Below, piece after piece: positions 17,662-26,437 of a DNA stretch of 32,000 bases. How positions within the stretch are numbered: the first letter of the stretch is position 1; every line of letters begins with the position of its first letter. The notes under the pieces were generated by a model, which saw only the letters and a program-made list of their open reading frames with translations, had not been told where the DNA came from and made no database searches. This DNA is from an uncultured bacterium (GTDB lineage Bacteria > Margulisbacteria > WOR-1 > CAVSGV01): NCBI GenBank assembly GCA_963699255.1, contig OY969425.1:750001-782000 (forward strand), given 5' to 3'. A program made the position numbers and the translations under genes.

Positions 17662-17748
17662 CGGAGAGGGAGGGATTCGAACCCCCGATACACTTTCGTG
17701 TATAATCGCTTTCGAGGCGATCGCTTTCGACCACTCAGCCACCTCTCC
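17662..17748 (-). tRNA. tRNA-Ser (anticodon CGA)
   Basis: GGAGAGGTGGCTGAGTGG...ATCGC-CTCGAAA-GCGAT...long variable arm...GGTTCGAATCC...CCTCTCCG; acceptor 7/7 paired; CCA not encoded. Confidence 0.97.
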
Positions 17749-17798
17749 CTATACTCAAACTAAAGCTCAATAATTGACTTAAGTATATCACAAAAACA

Positions 17799-18362
17799 TT
17801 AAACTCTTGGCTTTGGGACGATCTTAAACTCACCCGGAGCAAGACCGCCAAGAAGTATCGGTCCTATGGATACGCGTATAAGACGCAGGCAGGGCAGCTT
17901 TACCGCAGCGGTCATCTTCTTTATCTGATGGTTCTGCCCTTCCATTATGGATAACTCCAGCCATGATGTGGGGATGTTCTTTCTGAACCGGATAGGTTTC
18001 GGTCTCTCCCATATTTTGGGCTCATCTATCTGTTTTGCTTTTGCCGGGAGAGTTCTCCTGCCCTGCAACATGACGCCTTTCTTTAGCTCTGTTAATTGTT
18101 CCGGCGTCGGGACACCCTCAACCTGCGCCCAATAAGTCTTATACATCCTGTTCTTCGGGCTTGCCAGCCAGTGGTTAAGGTCCCCGTCATTTGTCAGCAG
18201 AAGAAGCCCTTCGCTGTCCATATCAAGACGCCCCACGGGATAAATTTGTTTGATATGGATATAATTCTTTAAGGTAGGCCTGCCCATGTCGTCAGTGTAT
18301 TGGCATAAAACCCCATAGGGCTTATTAAAAATAACGTAGGTTAATTGACGTTCTTTCCTCAT
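17799..18362 (-). CDS. rluE: RsuA/RluE-family pseudouridine synthase
   Basis: [27 protein letters not shown]...[21 protein letters not shown]...[19 protein letters not shown]. Confidence 0.85.
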   Translation of the reverse strand: MRKERQLTYVIFNKPYGVLCQYTDDMGRPTLKNYIHIKQIYPVGRLDMDSEGLLLLTNDGDLNHWLASPKNRMYKTYWAQVEGVPTPEQLTELKKGVMLQGRRTLPAKAKQIDEPKIWERPKPIRFRKNIPTSWLELSIMEGQNHQIKKMTAAVKLPCLRLIRVSIGPILLGGLAPGEFKIVPKPRV

Positions 18363-18397
18363 TTGTTTGATATGTTCTTCAGCTTCGAATTAAGCAC

Positions 18398-18484
18398 CGG
18401 AGAGGGTGGGATTCGAACCCACGAAACGGTTTCCCGTTTACACGCTTTCCAGGCGTGTTCCTTCAGCCACTCGGACACCTCTCC
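18398..18484 (-). tRNA. tRNA-Ser (anticodon GGA)
   Basis: GGAGAGGTGTCCGAGTGGCTGAAGGAACACGCCTGGAAAGCGTG...GTGGGTTCGAATCCCACCCTCTCCG; loop CTGGAAA; long variable arm. Confidence 0.98.
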
Positions 18485-18508
18485 CCGGGCAAAGCCACTA
18501 ATTACTAG

Positions 18509-18967
18509 TTACGATTTACTTTTACGCAACTTTACAAAAAAATCTTTTAAAATTTCCGAACATTCTGAATTTAGAACGCCTGATATCACTTTAACCCTAT
18601 GATTTAAATGCGCGGAAGAAACTACGTTCATTATGCTTCCGCACGCTCCTGCCTTCGGATCATCCGCTCCGTAGACAAGCTCCTTAACTCTTGAGTGAAC
18701 TACCGCTCCCGCGCACATGGGACACGGCTCAAGCGTCGTATACAATGTCGCCCTGCCCAGCCTCCAGCCGCCGAGCTTCTTTGCGGCTTTCTTTATGCAA
18801 AGTATCTCCGCGTGTGCCGTCGGATCAATATGTGATTCCCTTAAATTATGCGCCCTGGCAATGATCTTTCCGTCCACTACAATGACCGCACCGACAGGGA
18901 TCTCGTCCTTTTTGAAGCCCTTCCGCGCTTCATCAAGCGCAGCTCTCATAAATTTTTCATGGGACAC
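18509..18967 (-). CDS. tadA: tRNA-specific adenosine deaminase TadA
   Basis: [35 protein letters not shown]...[14 protein letters not shown]...[38 protein letters not shown]. Confidence 0.96.
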   Translation of the reverse strand: MSHEKFMRAALDEARKGFKKDEIPVGAVIVVDGKIIARAHNLRESHIDPTAHAEILCIKKAAKKLGGWRLGRATLYTTLEPCPMCAGAVVHSRVKELVYGADDPKAGACGSIMNVVSSAHLNHRVKVISGVLNSECSEILKDFFVKLRKSKS

Positions 18968-19023
18968 AGAGTGATTTTACAGTATTTCAAAGGTCAAAAC
19001 AATATGGTATACTTTCCCCCGTC

Positions 19024-19452
19024 ATGGCAATAGAAGTTTATGTCGACGGCGCCGCCCGGGGAAATCCCGGACCGGCGGGAATAGGTGTCGTATTAAAAGA
19101 CGGTCCCAAGATCGTTGAAGAAATAGGCGCGTATATCGGCAAAACGACCAACAACATGGCCGAATATCTCGCCCTGATACGGGGACTGGAAGAAGTCCTT
19201 ATAAGGGGCTTTAAGTCGGCAAGCTTTTTTTCGGACAGCGAACTCCTTGTAAAACAGCTGAACGGCGAATATAAGGTCAAGCATGATAATCTTGTCCCGT
19301 TGCATTATCACGTGCTCACATTGATCGACAGGATGAAGGATTTTTCGATAAAGCATGTTAAAAGGGACTTAAATGAGCACGCGGACAGGATGGCGAACGA
19401 AGGCATAGATCTTCACGCGAAAACAACTCCCCTTTTAAAACTGATCAAATAA
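19024..19452 (+). CDS. rnhA: Ribonuclease HI family protein
   Basis: MAIEVYVDGAARGNPGPAGIGVVLKDG...NNMAEYLALIRGLEE...FFSDSELLVKQLNGEYKVK...RDLNEHADRMANEG. Confidence 0.9.
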   Translation: MAIEVYVDGAARGNPGPAGIGVVLKDGPKIVEEIGAYIGKTTNNMAEYLALIRGLEEVLIRGFKSASFFSDSELLVKQLNGEYKVKHDNLVPLHYHVLTLIDRMKDFSIKHVKRDLNEHADRMANEGIDLHAKTTPLLKLIK

Positions 19453-19466
19453 TAGTAAAATATGAA

Positions 19467-19835
19467 TGAGCAGCCCGGGTAGTCGCCCGGAGAGAGCCCG
19501 CAAGGTCTCTTCGAAGGGAGGAAAGTCCGGACTCCAAAGTGCAGGGTTCCAGCTAACGGCTGGGCTCCGATGAAAATCGGGGACGGAGAGTGCAACAGAA
19601 AATACACGGCCCACCACTCCCTAAAGGAGTAAGGGCAAAGGTGAAATTGGGAGGTAAGAGCTCCCACACTTTCCGGGTAACCGGAGGTGCTGAAAACCCG
19701 ACCTGGAGCAAGGCCAAACAGGGAAAGCCGGCACGCGGCGTTATGATCCCGAGTGGGCCGCAAAGAATCCGTCAGCAATGATGGATCAAGACAGATGACT
19801 ACACAAAGACAGAATCCGGCTTACAGGGCTGCTCA
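19467..19835 (+). ncRNA. rnpB: RNase P RNA, bacterial class A
   Basis: Terminal TGAGCAGCC...GGCTGCTCA pairing; GAGGAAAGTCCGGACTCC; GTGCAACAGAAAATACAC; GAGCAAGGCCAAACAGG; GGATCAAGACAGATGACTACA. Confidence 0.97.
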
Positions 19836-19850
19836 CTAATTTTTACACAA

Positions 19851-19954
19851 ATGAACAATTAACAATTACACAATTAATAACAAGGTAGAATTATTATAAT
19901 ATTATGTCGCGAAGCGACACATTGTTGTTCATTAAGAAATTGTTCATTGTTAAT
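19851..19954. repeat. AT-rich inverted heptad-like arms between rnpB and the macB-like gene, with a central hairpin
   Basis: Left atgaacaattaacaattacacaatt; right aaattgttcattgttaatt. Between them a perfect tgtcgc-gaa-gcgaca hairpin at 19905-19919. Confidence 0.5.
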
Positions 19955-19961
19955 TCTGCCC

Positions 19962-21923
19962 CTATTCGTACCTCAGCGCCTCTATCGGCAGCATCTTTGA
20001 CGCCCTCATCGCGGGCCACAGGCCGAAGATAACGCCGATAAGCACCGAGAAAGTGAACGAGAGGATAATGGATCCTGCCGAAATGAACGTAGTCCAGTTG
20101 GCCAGCGTTGAAAGAAGTATCGAGATGATACATCCGAAAATTATCCCTATGATACCGCCCAGGAAGCATATCAAAACAGCCTCAATGAGGAATTGGATCA
20201 GGATATCGCTTCTCTGAGCTCCCAGAGCTTTCCGGAGGCCGATTTCATGCGTTCTCTCCATCACCATAACAAGCATTATGTTCATTATCCCGATGCCTCC
20301 AACAAGCAGACTGACTGCGGCAACGGCGCCGAGAAGTATGGAAAGCGTTGTTATGACCGAACTTGCCGCCGCCTGGATGTCCGCCATATTGAATATGCTT
20401 ATGCTCTGCCTTTGCGCTTCCGTCAAACGGTGAACGCGCATTATCTCGTTCGTGATCGCGTCCTGCGCCGCCGGAATATCATCCTTATTCCTGACCATTA
20501 CATCAAAGTACGATATGTAATCAGTCCCTAGCAGCCTGTACATCGCCGTCTTTATTGGTATCACTATCCTGTCATCCGGATTCTGGAAACCGCCTCCACC
20601 CAACGCCTCAAATACACCGATGACCGTGAAGTTGACTTTGTTGATCTTTATCATTTGCCCGACCGGGTTGGCTCCGGCATACAGCTGATCAAGCACTGTT
20701 GCCCCCAGGACCGCCACCTTTGCGCGGCTGTTCGCTTCGGCTGGGGTAAAGAACCTTCCCATCTGCATCTTCTGGTCGCGAAGAGCCGGGAAATCCGCCG
20801 ATGCGCCAAGCACGGAGGTGCTCCAGTTCTTGTCCTGGCTGACCGCCTGGCCTCGGCCCTGCACGTAGGGCACAACATACTGCAGGGTGTCGATCTTCTG
20901 CAAAGCCGCAAGGTCGTCAAAACTGAACCGGGTAGTCGTGTCCATACCCAAGGATATCCCGCCCTGGCTCCTCTGCATGCGGATGGTCAGAAGGTTCGTG
21001 CCCAGCGATGAAAGGGTCTGTTCCATGCTCTTCTTCGCGCCGGTGCCAAGCGCCAGCATTGTAATGACCGCCGCGACGCCTATCATGACGCCCAGTATCG
21101 AAAGAAAGGAGCGGAGTTTATTGTTGGCGATCGAATTAAGCGCCTCAAAGACGTAGTTCCTCAGCTCCGCGAAACAAAATAAGCGGCAGCGGCCGCCCTT
21201 CTCCTGCGGCATTTCGGGGACACCGCGCTTTGTGAACTCGCTCTGTTTCTTATCGGACACTATTTTCCCGTCTTGTAGAACAAGGACACGGGAAGCAAAA
21301 GCGGCGATGTCAGGCTCGTGTGTTACCATTATGATACTGTTGCCGGCCGAATTAAGGTCCTTGAATATCTTCATTATTTCGTACGATGACTTGGAATCAA
21401 GGTTTCCGGTCGGTTCGTCCGCAAGTATCACTATCGGATTGTTCGCAAGTGCGCGTCCAAGCGCCACCCTCTGCTGCTGGCCGCCGGAGAGCTCGTTGGA
21501 TTTGTGCTTCAGCCTGTCGCCAAGCCCGATGTTCTTGAGCGTCTCAAGAACTTTCTCTCTTTTTTCTTTCGTGACATCCGAAGCATATATGAACGGGAGC
21601 ATCGCATTCTCGGTAACAGTGAGTTTGGTAAGGAGATTGAAGGTCTGGAAAACGAATCCGAAAAATCTGTTCCTAAGTCTGGCGTAATCGCTCTCCTGCA
21701 TGGATGAAATATTCTTGTTCAAAAGCCAGTATTCGCCTTTATCGACTTTATCCAGCAGGCCCAGCACCGCGAGCATGGTGGATTTGCCGGAACCGGAGGG
21801 TCCCATTATTGCGACGAACTCGCCGGGCTCGATGGAAACAGAAATCCCCTGAAGGGCGTAAACAGGGACTTTCCCGCCTATGTAATAGGTCTTATGGACA
21901 TCCTTAAGCTCAATAAGGCTCAT
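19962..21923 (-). CDS. macB: MacB-like ABC transporter (fused ATPase and FtsX/MacB permease)
   Basis: GPSGSGKSTMLAVLGLLD Walker A; ELSGGQQQRVALGRAL; MacB_PCD and FtsX C-terminal transmembrane segments (MLVMVMERTHEIGLRKALGAQRSDIL). Confidence 0.93.
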   Translation of the reverse strand: MSLIELKDVHKTYYIGGKVPVYALQGISVSIEPGEFVAIMGPSGSGKSTMLAVLGLLDKVDKGEYWLLNKNISSMQESDYARLRNRFFGFVFQTFNLLTKLTVTENAMLPFIYASDVTKEKREKVLETLKNIGLGDRLKHKSNELSGGQQQRVALGRALANNPIVILADEPTGNLDSKSSYEIMKIFKDLNSAGNSIIMVTHEPDIAAFASRVLVLQDGKIVSDKKQSEFTKRGVPEMPQEKGGRCRLFCFAELRNYVFEALNSIANNKLRSFLSILGVMIGVAAVITMLALGTGAKKSMEQTLSSLGTNLLTIRMQRSQGGISLGMDTTTRFSFDDLAALQKIDTLQYVVPYVQGRGQAVSQDKNWSTSVLGASADFPALRDQKMQMGRFFTPAEANSRAKVAVLGATVLDQLYAGANPVGQMIKINKVNFTVIGVFEALGGGGFQNPDDRIVIPIKTAMYRLLGTDYISYFDVMVRNKDDIPAAQDAITNEIMRVHRLTEAQRQSISIFNMADIQAAASSVITTLSILLGAVAAVSLLVGGIGIMNIMLVMVMERTHEIGLRKALGAQRSDILIQFLIEAVLICFLGGIIGIIFGCIISILLSTLANWTTFISAGSIILSFTFSVLIGVIFGLWPAMRASKMLPIEALRYE

Positions 21924-22900
21924 TGATTCCTTTTCTGGAACGGGTTTGACGGGCCTCTGGGGCCTCTGCCTGTCTTCGCCTGAAGGCTCGCTATCATCTT
22001 GCTGTCGGGGATAACGATCTTATCCCCTTCATTTAGCCCTGAAATAAGTTCGACATTGGTCGTATTCTCAAGCCCCGTTTTTACCTGTATCGGTTTCGCG
22101 GTCTTTGTTCCGTTGTCATATTGGAAAGCATAAGTAGTGCTGCCGATCTGTTTTATCGCCCTTATCGGAATAAGCAGGACATTGTCCTTTTCCTGCGTGA
22201 TAAAATTGACGGTAGCGCTCATCCCGGAGCGGAAGAAGGAGGGAACTTCATTCGGTATCACGTCCACTTCATAGATCGTCACGTTATTGATGACCTGCGA
22301 ATCGTAAGCTATATGATTGACCTTGCCTTTTATGGTCTGTTCGGGATATGCGTCCAGCTGTATCGTCACGGACTGGCCAAGCTGGATATTGCCTATATCC
22401 GTCTCATCCACCTGAGCTTTAACTATGAGAATATCGGCCATGACAAGGACAGCGTCCGCGCCGGTAACTGTCTGGCCCGGCATGATGTTTTTCGCTATGA
22501 TAAAACCATCAAGGGGCGCGACTATCGGCGCAGCATTATATACTTTTTGCCACTGTTTATATTCAGCCGCGCTTTGAGCCCTTGCGGCATCGAGCAGCGT
22601 GGCCCTGTCAGATGAGCTCATCATAGCGAGTATTTTCCCTTTTTTGACCTTGTCGCCTTCCGCGACGTAGATCGTGTCTATTCTTCCCGCAACGGGAGGC
22701 TTGATCTCGAGCCGGTTATACGGCTCCACCGTGCCGGTGGTAGGGATCTGCGCTTTTATGGACCCGCGCATGATAGAAACCGTTTCCTGCTGTTTTGCCG
22801 CTTTTCCGCCGCATGAAGGCATGAATAAAATTGCCGACAAAAGCAGAACTATGACCCCCCTAATCTCCAATCTCTTATCTCTAATCTCTTTTTTTTTCAT
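21920..22900 (-). CDS. macA: MacA/HlyD-like periplasmic adaptor, probable lipoprotein
   Basis: VIVLLLSAILFMPSCGG lipobox-like; PPVAGRIDTIYVAEGDKVKKGKILAMM biotinyl/lipoyl motif; ATGA overlap with tolC-like stop at 22897-22900; SD ggagg upstream. The 22909 start in the track is less likely. Confidence 0.9.
   Translation of the reverse strand: MKKKEIRDKRLEIRGVIVLLLSAILFMPSCGGKAAKQQETVSIMRGSIKAQIPTTGTVEPYNRLEIKPPVAGRIDTIYVAEGDKVKKGKILAMMSSSDRATLLDAARAQSAAEYKQWQKVYNAAPIVAPLDGFIIAKNIMPGQTVTGADAVLVMADILIVKAQVDETDIGNIQLGQSVTIQLDAYPEQTIKGKVNHIAYDSQVINNVTIYEVDVIPNEVPSFFRSGMSATVNFITQEKDNVLLIPIRAIKQIGSTTYAFQYDNGTKTAKPIQVKTGLENTTNVELISGLNEGDKIVIPDSKMIASLQAKTGRGPRGPSNPFQKRNQ
22861..22888. repeat. Four tandem NNATCTC heptamers within the 5' coding region of the macA-like gene
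   Basis: taatctc caatctc ttatctc taatctc, followed by T9 (22889-22897) directly adjoining the start codon. Confidence 0.9.
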
Positions 22901-24126
22901 TTTACCCAACCTCCATAACTTTTATACCATGCCGCCTCCGCGATAAGCGCCGACCGTTTTGCGGATAGCAGGCCTTTTTGAGCCTGAATATAAGTATCTT
23001 CGATACGGGACCATTCATCATAAGCCGCGAGGCCGTTAAGATATCTGGCGGTCGTTATTTTTTCACGCTCGGCGTTCGCCGCGAGCGATATTTTTGAGAC
23101 ATTAAGCGAGTCAAGAGCGTCAAGATAGCTCTGGTAAGTCTGTTTGAGGCTGTACAAAAGATTGTTATCGCTGCTGGCATAAGCTTCTTTTGCCTTATCC
23201 AGATTGGCCCCGGTAATGGCCCTGTTCGCGATGCTATCCAGGCCAGGAAAGATCGGAAGAGAAAGATTCACGCCCCATGAAGTGGATGAAGGGTTTTCCG
23301 GAGGCCACACCGAATCCGATTTATTTTCGCTTGCGTTCAAAGAGATCGACGGGAGAAAACCCGCAATGCTGGACTTTTGCGCTAAGTCGGCTATCTCGAG
23401 GGTCTTCGCCGCCTTTATGTGGTCCGGAGCGATCAAAATTATCTGATGCAGGTCCGCTGCTTCGGCTGATCCGGCATCCACCTGCTCAACCTCGCCTGAA
23501 ACCTCCTGCTGCAGGAGCTGGGAAAGCTTCAGCCATGCGAGTTCAAGTTCTCTCTTCGCCGACTTGAGATCATAATCCGCGGAAGCCTCATCGGCTTGGG
23601 TCGCCATGAGATTCCCTTTATCCTCAACACCGCCGTCATATCGGAGCTGGATAAGTTTTGTGTTCTGCTCTCTTGAATCCAGTATCTTCTGGAGAAGATT
23701 AACATTCTGCTGGGCGGTCATCAAATCTATGTATGCGAACCTGAGGTTATAGAATACCAGAGCCTTCGAAGCCTGGAAGTCAGCTCTCTGGAATTCAAGG
23801 TTCGCATATGCCGACTGGACGCCGTAATATTCGCTCATGCCCTGGAAAATACTCTGGCTCGCGGAAAGCCCGTAAGAGTAAGTTTTTGTCGTTGTGCCGG
23901 AGCCAGCAACGTTGTTCTCGCTGTAACCGGCATTGGCGGATAGATGCGGCATGAAGACCGACAATGAATCCCTGTATGACCATTCGGTCGATTCCAGCTG
24001 CTTTTGCGCAGCTACAAGGTCATGGCTGTTCTTTTCGCCCATTGCTGAAACCTCGTCCCAGGTAATGGCATGGGCCGACGCACAGATCAAAATAATACCG
24101 ACCAAACAAAGCAGATGTTTTTTCAT
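22897..24126 (-). CDS. TolC-like outer-membrane efflux protein
   Basis: Signal peptide MKKHLLCLVGIILICASAHA; two OEP-like repeats (NVNLLQKILDSREQNTKLIQLRYDGGV; ANAEREKITTARYLNGLAAYDEW). ATG at 24126 preferred over the TTG at 24171 in the track. Confidence 0.88.
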   Translation of the reverse strand: MKKHLLCLVGIILICASAHAITWDEVSAMGEKNSHDLVAAQKQLESTEWSYRDSLSVFMPHLSANAGYSENNVAGSGTTTKTYSYGLSASQSIFQGMSEYYGVQSAYANLEFQRADFQASKALVFYNLRFAYIDLMTAQQNVNLLQKILDSREQNTKLIQLRYDGGVEDKGNLMATQADEASADYDLKSAKRELELAWLKLSQLLQQEVSGEVEQVDAGSAEAADLHQIILIAPDHIKAAKTLEIADLAQKSSIAGFLPSISLNASENKSDSVWPPENPSSTSWGVNLSLPIFPGLDSIANRAITGANLDKAKEAYASSDNNLLYSLKQTYQSYLDALDSLNVSKISLAANAEREKITTARYLNGLAAYDEWSRIEDTYIQAQKGLLSAKRSALIAEAAWYKSYGGWVK

Positions 24127-24198
24127 TGAAACGATTGCAATGCTACCATATTTTCGAATATTAATAAACAATCCTTTCCGTAACTATTCAGAGTTATG

Positions 24199-24299
24199 GA
24201 ACCTGCCCACGACCAAAGGTTAGGGCGGTTCTCATTCTGTCACCCTGAACTTGTTTCAGGGTCTGAAAGCGCAGATGCCGAAATAAATTCGGCATGACA
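24199..24299. repeat. REP-like compound palindromic element in the tolC-like / ECF sigma divergent gap
   Basis: gaacctgccc...gggcggttc (24199-24231); perfect ACCCTGAA-cttgt-TTCAGGGT (24242-24262); perfect ATGCCGAA-ataaa-TTCGGCAT (24275-24295); outer TGTCA...TGACA. Confidence 0.75.
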
Positions 24300-24433
24300 T
24301 TTTAGCGTTCCCAGAAAACTGAATACTTACCCCTCTCACGCTAATATACATATTGAGCCCACAAAAAGTTCCCGGAAATCCAAAAATACATATGGAACCA
24401 TTTAAAGCGTTTTAGTGTAAAATATAGTGTATT

Positions 24434-24964
24434 ATGCCGATCTCAAAAGAAACAGCCGAAGCCTTTGTCTCAGGTGATCTGAAGGCGTTTGAAACGGTTT
24501 ACAGGGAAACATTTAAAACTATCTATCAGCTGGTTTACAGAATGACCGGCAGCCGGCAGGATGCCGAAGACGTCACGCAAGATATATACTTGAGGGCATA
24601 TGAAAAAAGGGGCCTTTACAAGAAAGAAAGATCGGCGCTATCGACCTGGATCTACCGGATAGCAGTGAACTATACATTAAATTCCTTAAGGAAAAAGAAA
24701 CGCTGGAGCAGCGACAGCCTTGTTGAAAACAGCGCGGCAGCAGATGTCTTGATCGAAAACCTGGATGAAATTGATATGGTCACGGATCTGCTGGGAAAGC
24801 TCAACCCGGATCATAAAGCGTGCCTTGTGCTCCGGGAAGTGGAGGATAAGTCTTATGATGAGATCGCGGAAATACTCGGCATTTCCATCGGGACCGTCCA
24901 CTCCCGCATAAGCCGCGGGCGTGACCAATTGAAAAAACTTTTCAAAGAGCATTACAGGAGGTGA
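24434..24964 (+). CDS. ECF-type RNA polymerase sigma factor
   Basis: Region 2: YRMTGSRQDAEDVTQDIYLRAY..FKKERSALSTWIYRIAVNYTLNSLRKKKR; region 4: LPDHKACLVLREVEDKSYDEIAEILGISIGTVHSRISRGRDQLKK-type. Confidence 0.94.
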   Translation: MPISKETAEAFVSGDLKAFETVYRETFKTIYQLVYRMTGSRQDAEDVTQDIYLRAYEKRGLYKKERSALSTWIYRIAVNYTLNSLRKKKRWSSDSLVENSAAADVLIENLDEIDMVTDLLGKLNPDHKACLVLREVEDKSYDEIAEILGISIGTVHSRISRGRDQLKKLFKEHYRR

Positions 24965-24969
24965 GGGAA

Positions 24970-25254
24970 ATGGATTACGGCAGATTCATAGGGATATTAA
25001 AGAGCTTTTCGGCCGACACGGCATCCCAGCAGAGGGTGTGGAATAATATTAACCGAACTCTCGAGGGAAAAAGGAACAGCATATTCTATCTGGCGGACAT
25101 GTGGCCCAGATTGCTGGTCACGGCTGCCGCCCTCACGGCGATATTCGTTATTTATTTTGTCAATTATGAAAAACAGCTTGAGGCGCGCAATTTTGTCCAG
25201 CGCGTCAATTCCACTGAATATATTTACGAAACCTGCAAGTATGATGGGATGTGA
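24970..25254 (+). CDS. Small single-TM protein, candidate anti-sigma factor or envelope sensor
   Basis: ATG at 24970 with ggagg SD; overlaps the sigma gene's end region; MDYGRFIGILKSF...MWPRLLVTAAALTAIFVIYFVNYEKQ. No recognisable ZAS motif. Confidence 0.55.
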   Translation: MDYGRFIGILKSFSADTASQQRVWNNINRTLEGKRNSIFYLADMWPRLLVTAAALTAIFVIYFVNYEKQLEARNFVQRVNSTEYIYETCKYDGM

Positions 25255-25306
25255 AACTAAATCGTTATTCCATGTGTATAAAGGGCGTAATGCAGAAGGA
25301 GGAAAG

Positions 25307-25807
25307 ATGATGAAAAGATCGATCTATACCGTAGCAATGCTGGCATTAATGCTGTTTCTCTCCTGTGCGGCGGCAAATGCCGCAGAGCGGATACCCGCAG
25401 GCATATTCAAAGACCTGAACCTTTCTACCGATCAGGAAAAGCAGATGCGTGCCCTTTTTGAACGCCAAAGAGATGATGAAAAGAAAAATTTCGAAAAGAT
25501 CCGGGGACTTCAGGAAAAGCTGGAAAAGGAATTTTTAAAGGATCATCCTGATGAATCCAATATCAGGTCCACCGCGAACAACATCAAGATCATCCAGACG
25601 AAACTGCTTGACGAACATTTCGATCATCTGTTAGCATTAAGAAAGGTTCTCACCCAGGAACAATTCAAAAAATTCATTGAAAAGGGCAAGAAAATGAGAG
25701 AAAAAAAAGGTGGGGGCTTTAAGGGCTTCTGGCAGACTCATCATTCAACCGGCGAAGTGTTAACCCCTGCTATCCCGTCCGGTAAGTGTGCGAGTTCGAA
25801 AGTATAA
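25307..25807 (+). CDS. Spy/CpxP-like periplasmic protein (LTxxQ-type helical)
   Basis: SD gaaggagg before ATGATG; signal peptide MMKRSIYTVAMLALMLFLSCAAANAAE; LSTDQEKQMRALFERQRDDEKKNFEKI...VLTQEQFKKFIEKGKKMREKK. The upstream 25157 start in the track is rejected. Confidence 0.7.
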   Translation: MMKRSIYTVAMLALMLFLSCAAANAAERIPAGIFKDLNLSTDQEKQMRALFERQRDDEKKNFEKIRGLQEKLEKEFLKDHPDESNIRSTANNIKIIQTKLLDEHFDHLLALRKVLTQEQFKKFIEKGKKMREKKGGGFKGFWQTHHSTGEVLTPAIPSGKCASSKV

Positions 25808-25826
25808 GCTGAACAGGAGGTAGAAC

Positions 25827-26372
25827 ATGAAAAGCAAATTATGGCTGGTTCTGGGAATATGCTCATTGCTTTTTATAGTGGATGCCGAAAATGCGTTCGC
25901 ATGGGGATGGGCCAGAACGCTTCCCGCGCATCATACTGTGGTCACGTTAAGAGGTGCTAGATACCATTATTATCACGGGAGATTCTACAGGCCCGGCCCA
26001 TTCGGATTTTTTATGGTAATGCCTCCCATAGGAGCCATTGTGACCGTGCTTCCCGACGGTTACAGCACCGTCATCGTCGGCGGCATTTCATATTATTCTT
26101 ATGATAGCGTGTACTACACGGAGTGCCCCACCGGTTATGTTGTTGTTCCGGCGCCTTCGAACGTGACCGTCACGCAGTCCTCTCCCGCAACCGTCACAAC
26201 AGCAACGACAACCCCTCCGGGAAAGTCGATAACTTTAAATGTGCCCAATTCGAGCGGATATTTCACACCTGTAAAGCTGGTGAAATATAAGAACGGCTAC
26301 CTCGGCCCGCAGGGAGAGTATTATCCGGGCAATCCGACCGTTGACCAGTTAAGCGTCCTGTACGGAAAATAA
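25827..26372 (+). CDS. DUF6515-like secreted protein
   Basis: Signal peptide followed by TVVTLRGARYHYYHGRFYRPGPFGFFMVMPPIGAIVTVLPDGYSTVIVGGISYYSYDSVYYTECPTGYVVVPAP. Confidence 0.65.
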   Translation: MKSKLWLVLGICSLLFIVDAENAFAWGWARTLPAHHTVVTLRGARYHYYHGRFYRPGPFGFFMVMPPIGAIVTVLPDGYSTVIVGGISYYSYDSVYYTECPTGYVVVPAPSNVTVTQSSPATVTTATTTPPGKSITLNVPNSSGYFTPVKLVKYKNGYLGPQGEYYPGNPTVDQLSVLYGK

Positions 26373-26437
26373 GCGGATATCGAACCAATACGCTTTATTC
26401 AAGGGCTGTATTTTAGCTTGCACCGAGAGCATTCAAT

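Noticed and set aside
18345-18602. ORF 18345-18602 (+) containing [31 protein letters not shown]
   Set aside because: Classic spurious translation of the strand opposite tRNA-Ser; overlaps tRNA-Ser(GGA).
19413-19781. ORFs 19413-19778 (-), 19435-19617 (-) and 19590-19781 (+)
   Set aside because: They lie in the RNase P RNA gene, which has the full class A conserved core.
20193-21907. Plus-strand ORFs and the internal minus-strand ORF over the macB-like gene
   Set aside because: The macB frame encodes the complete ATPase and permease; the others are shadows.
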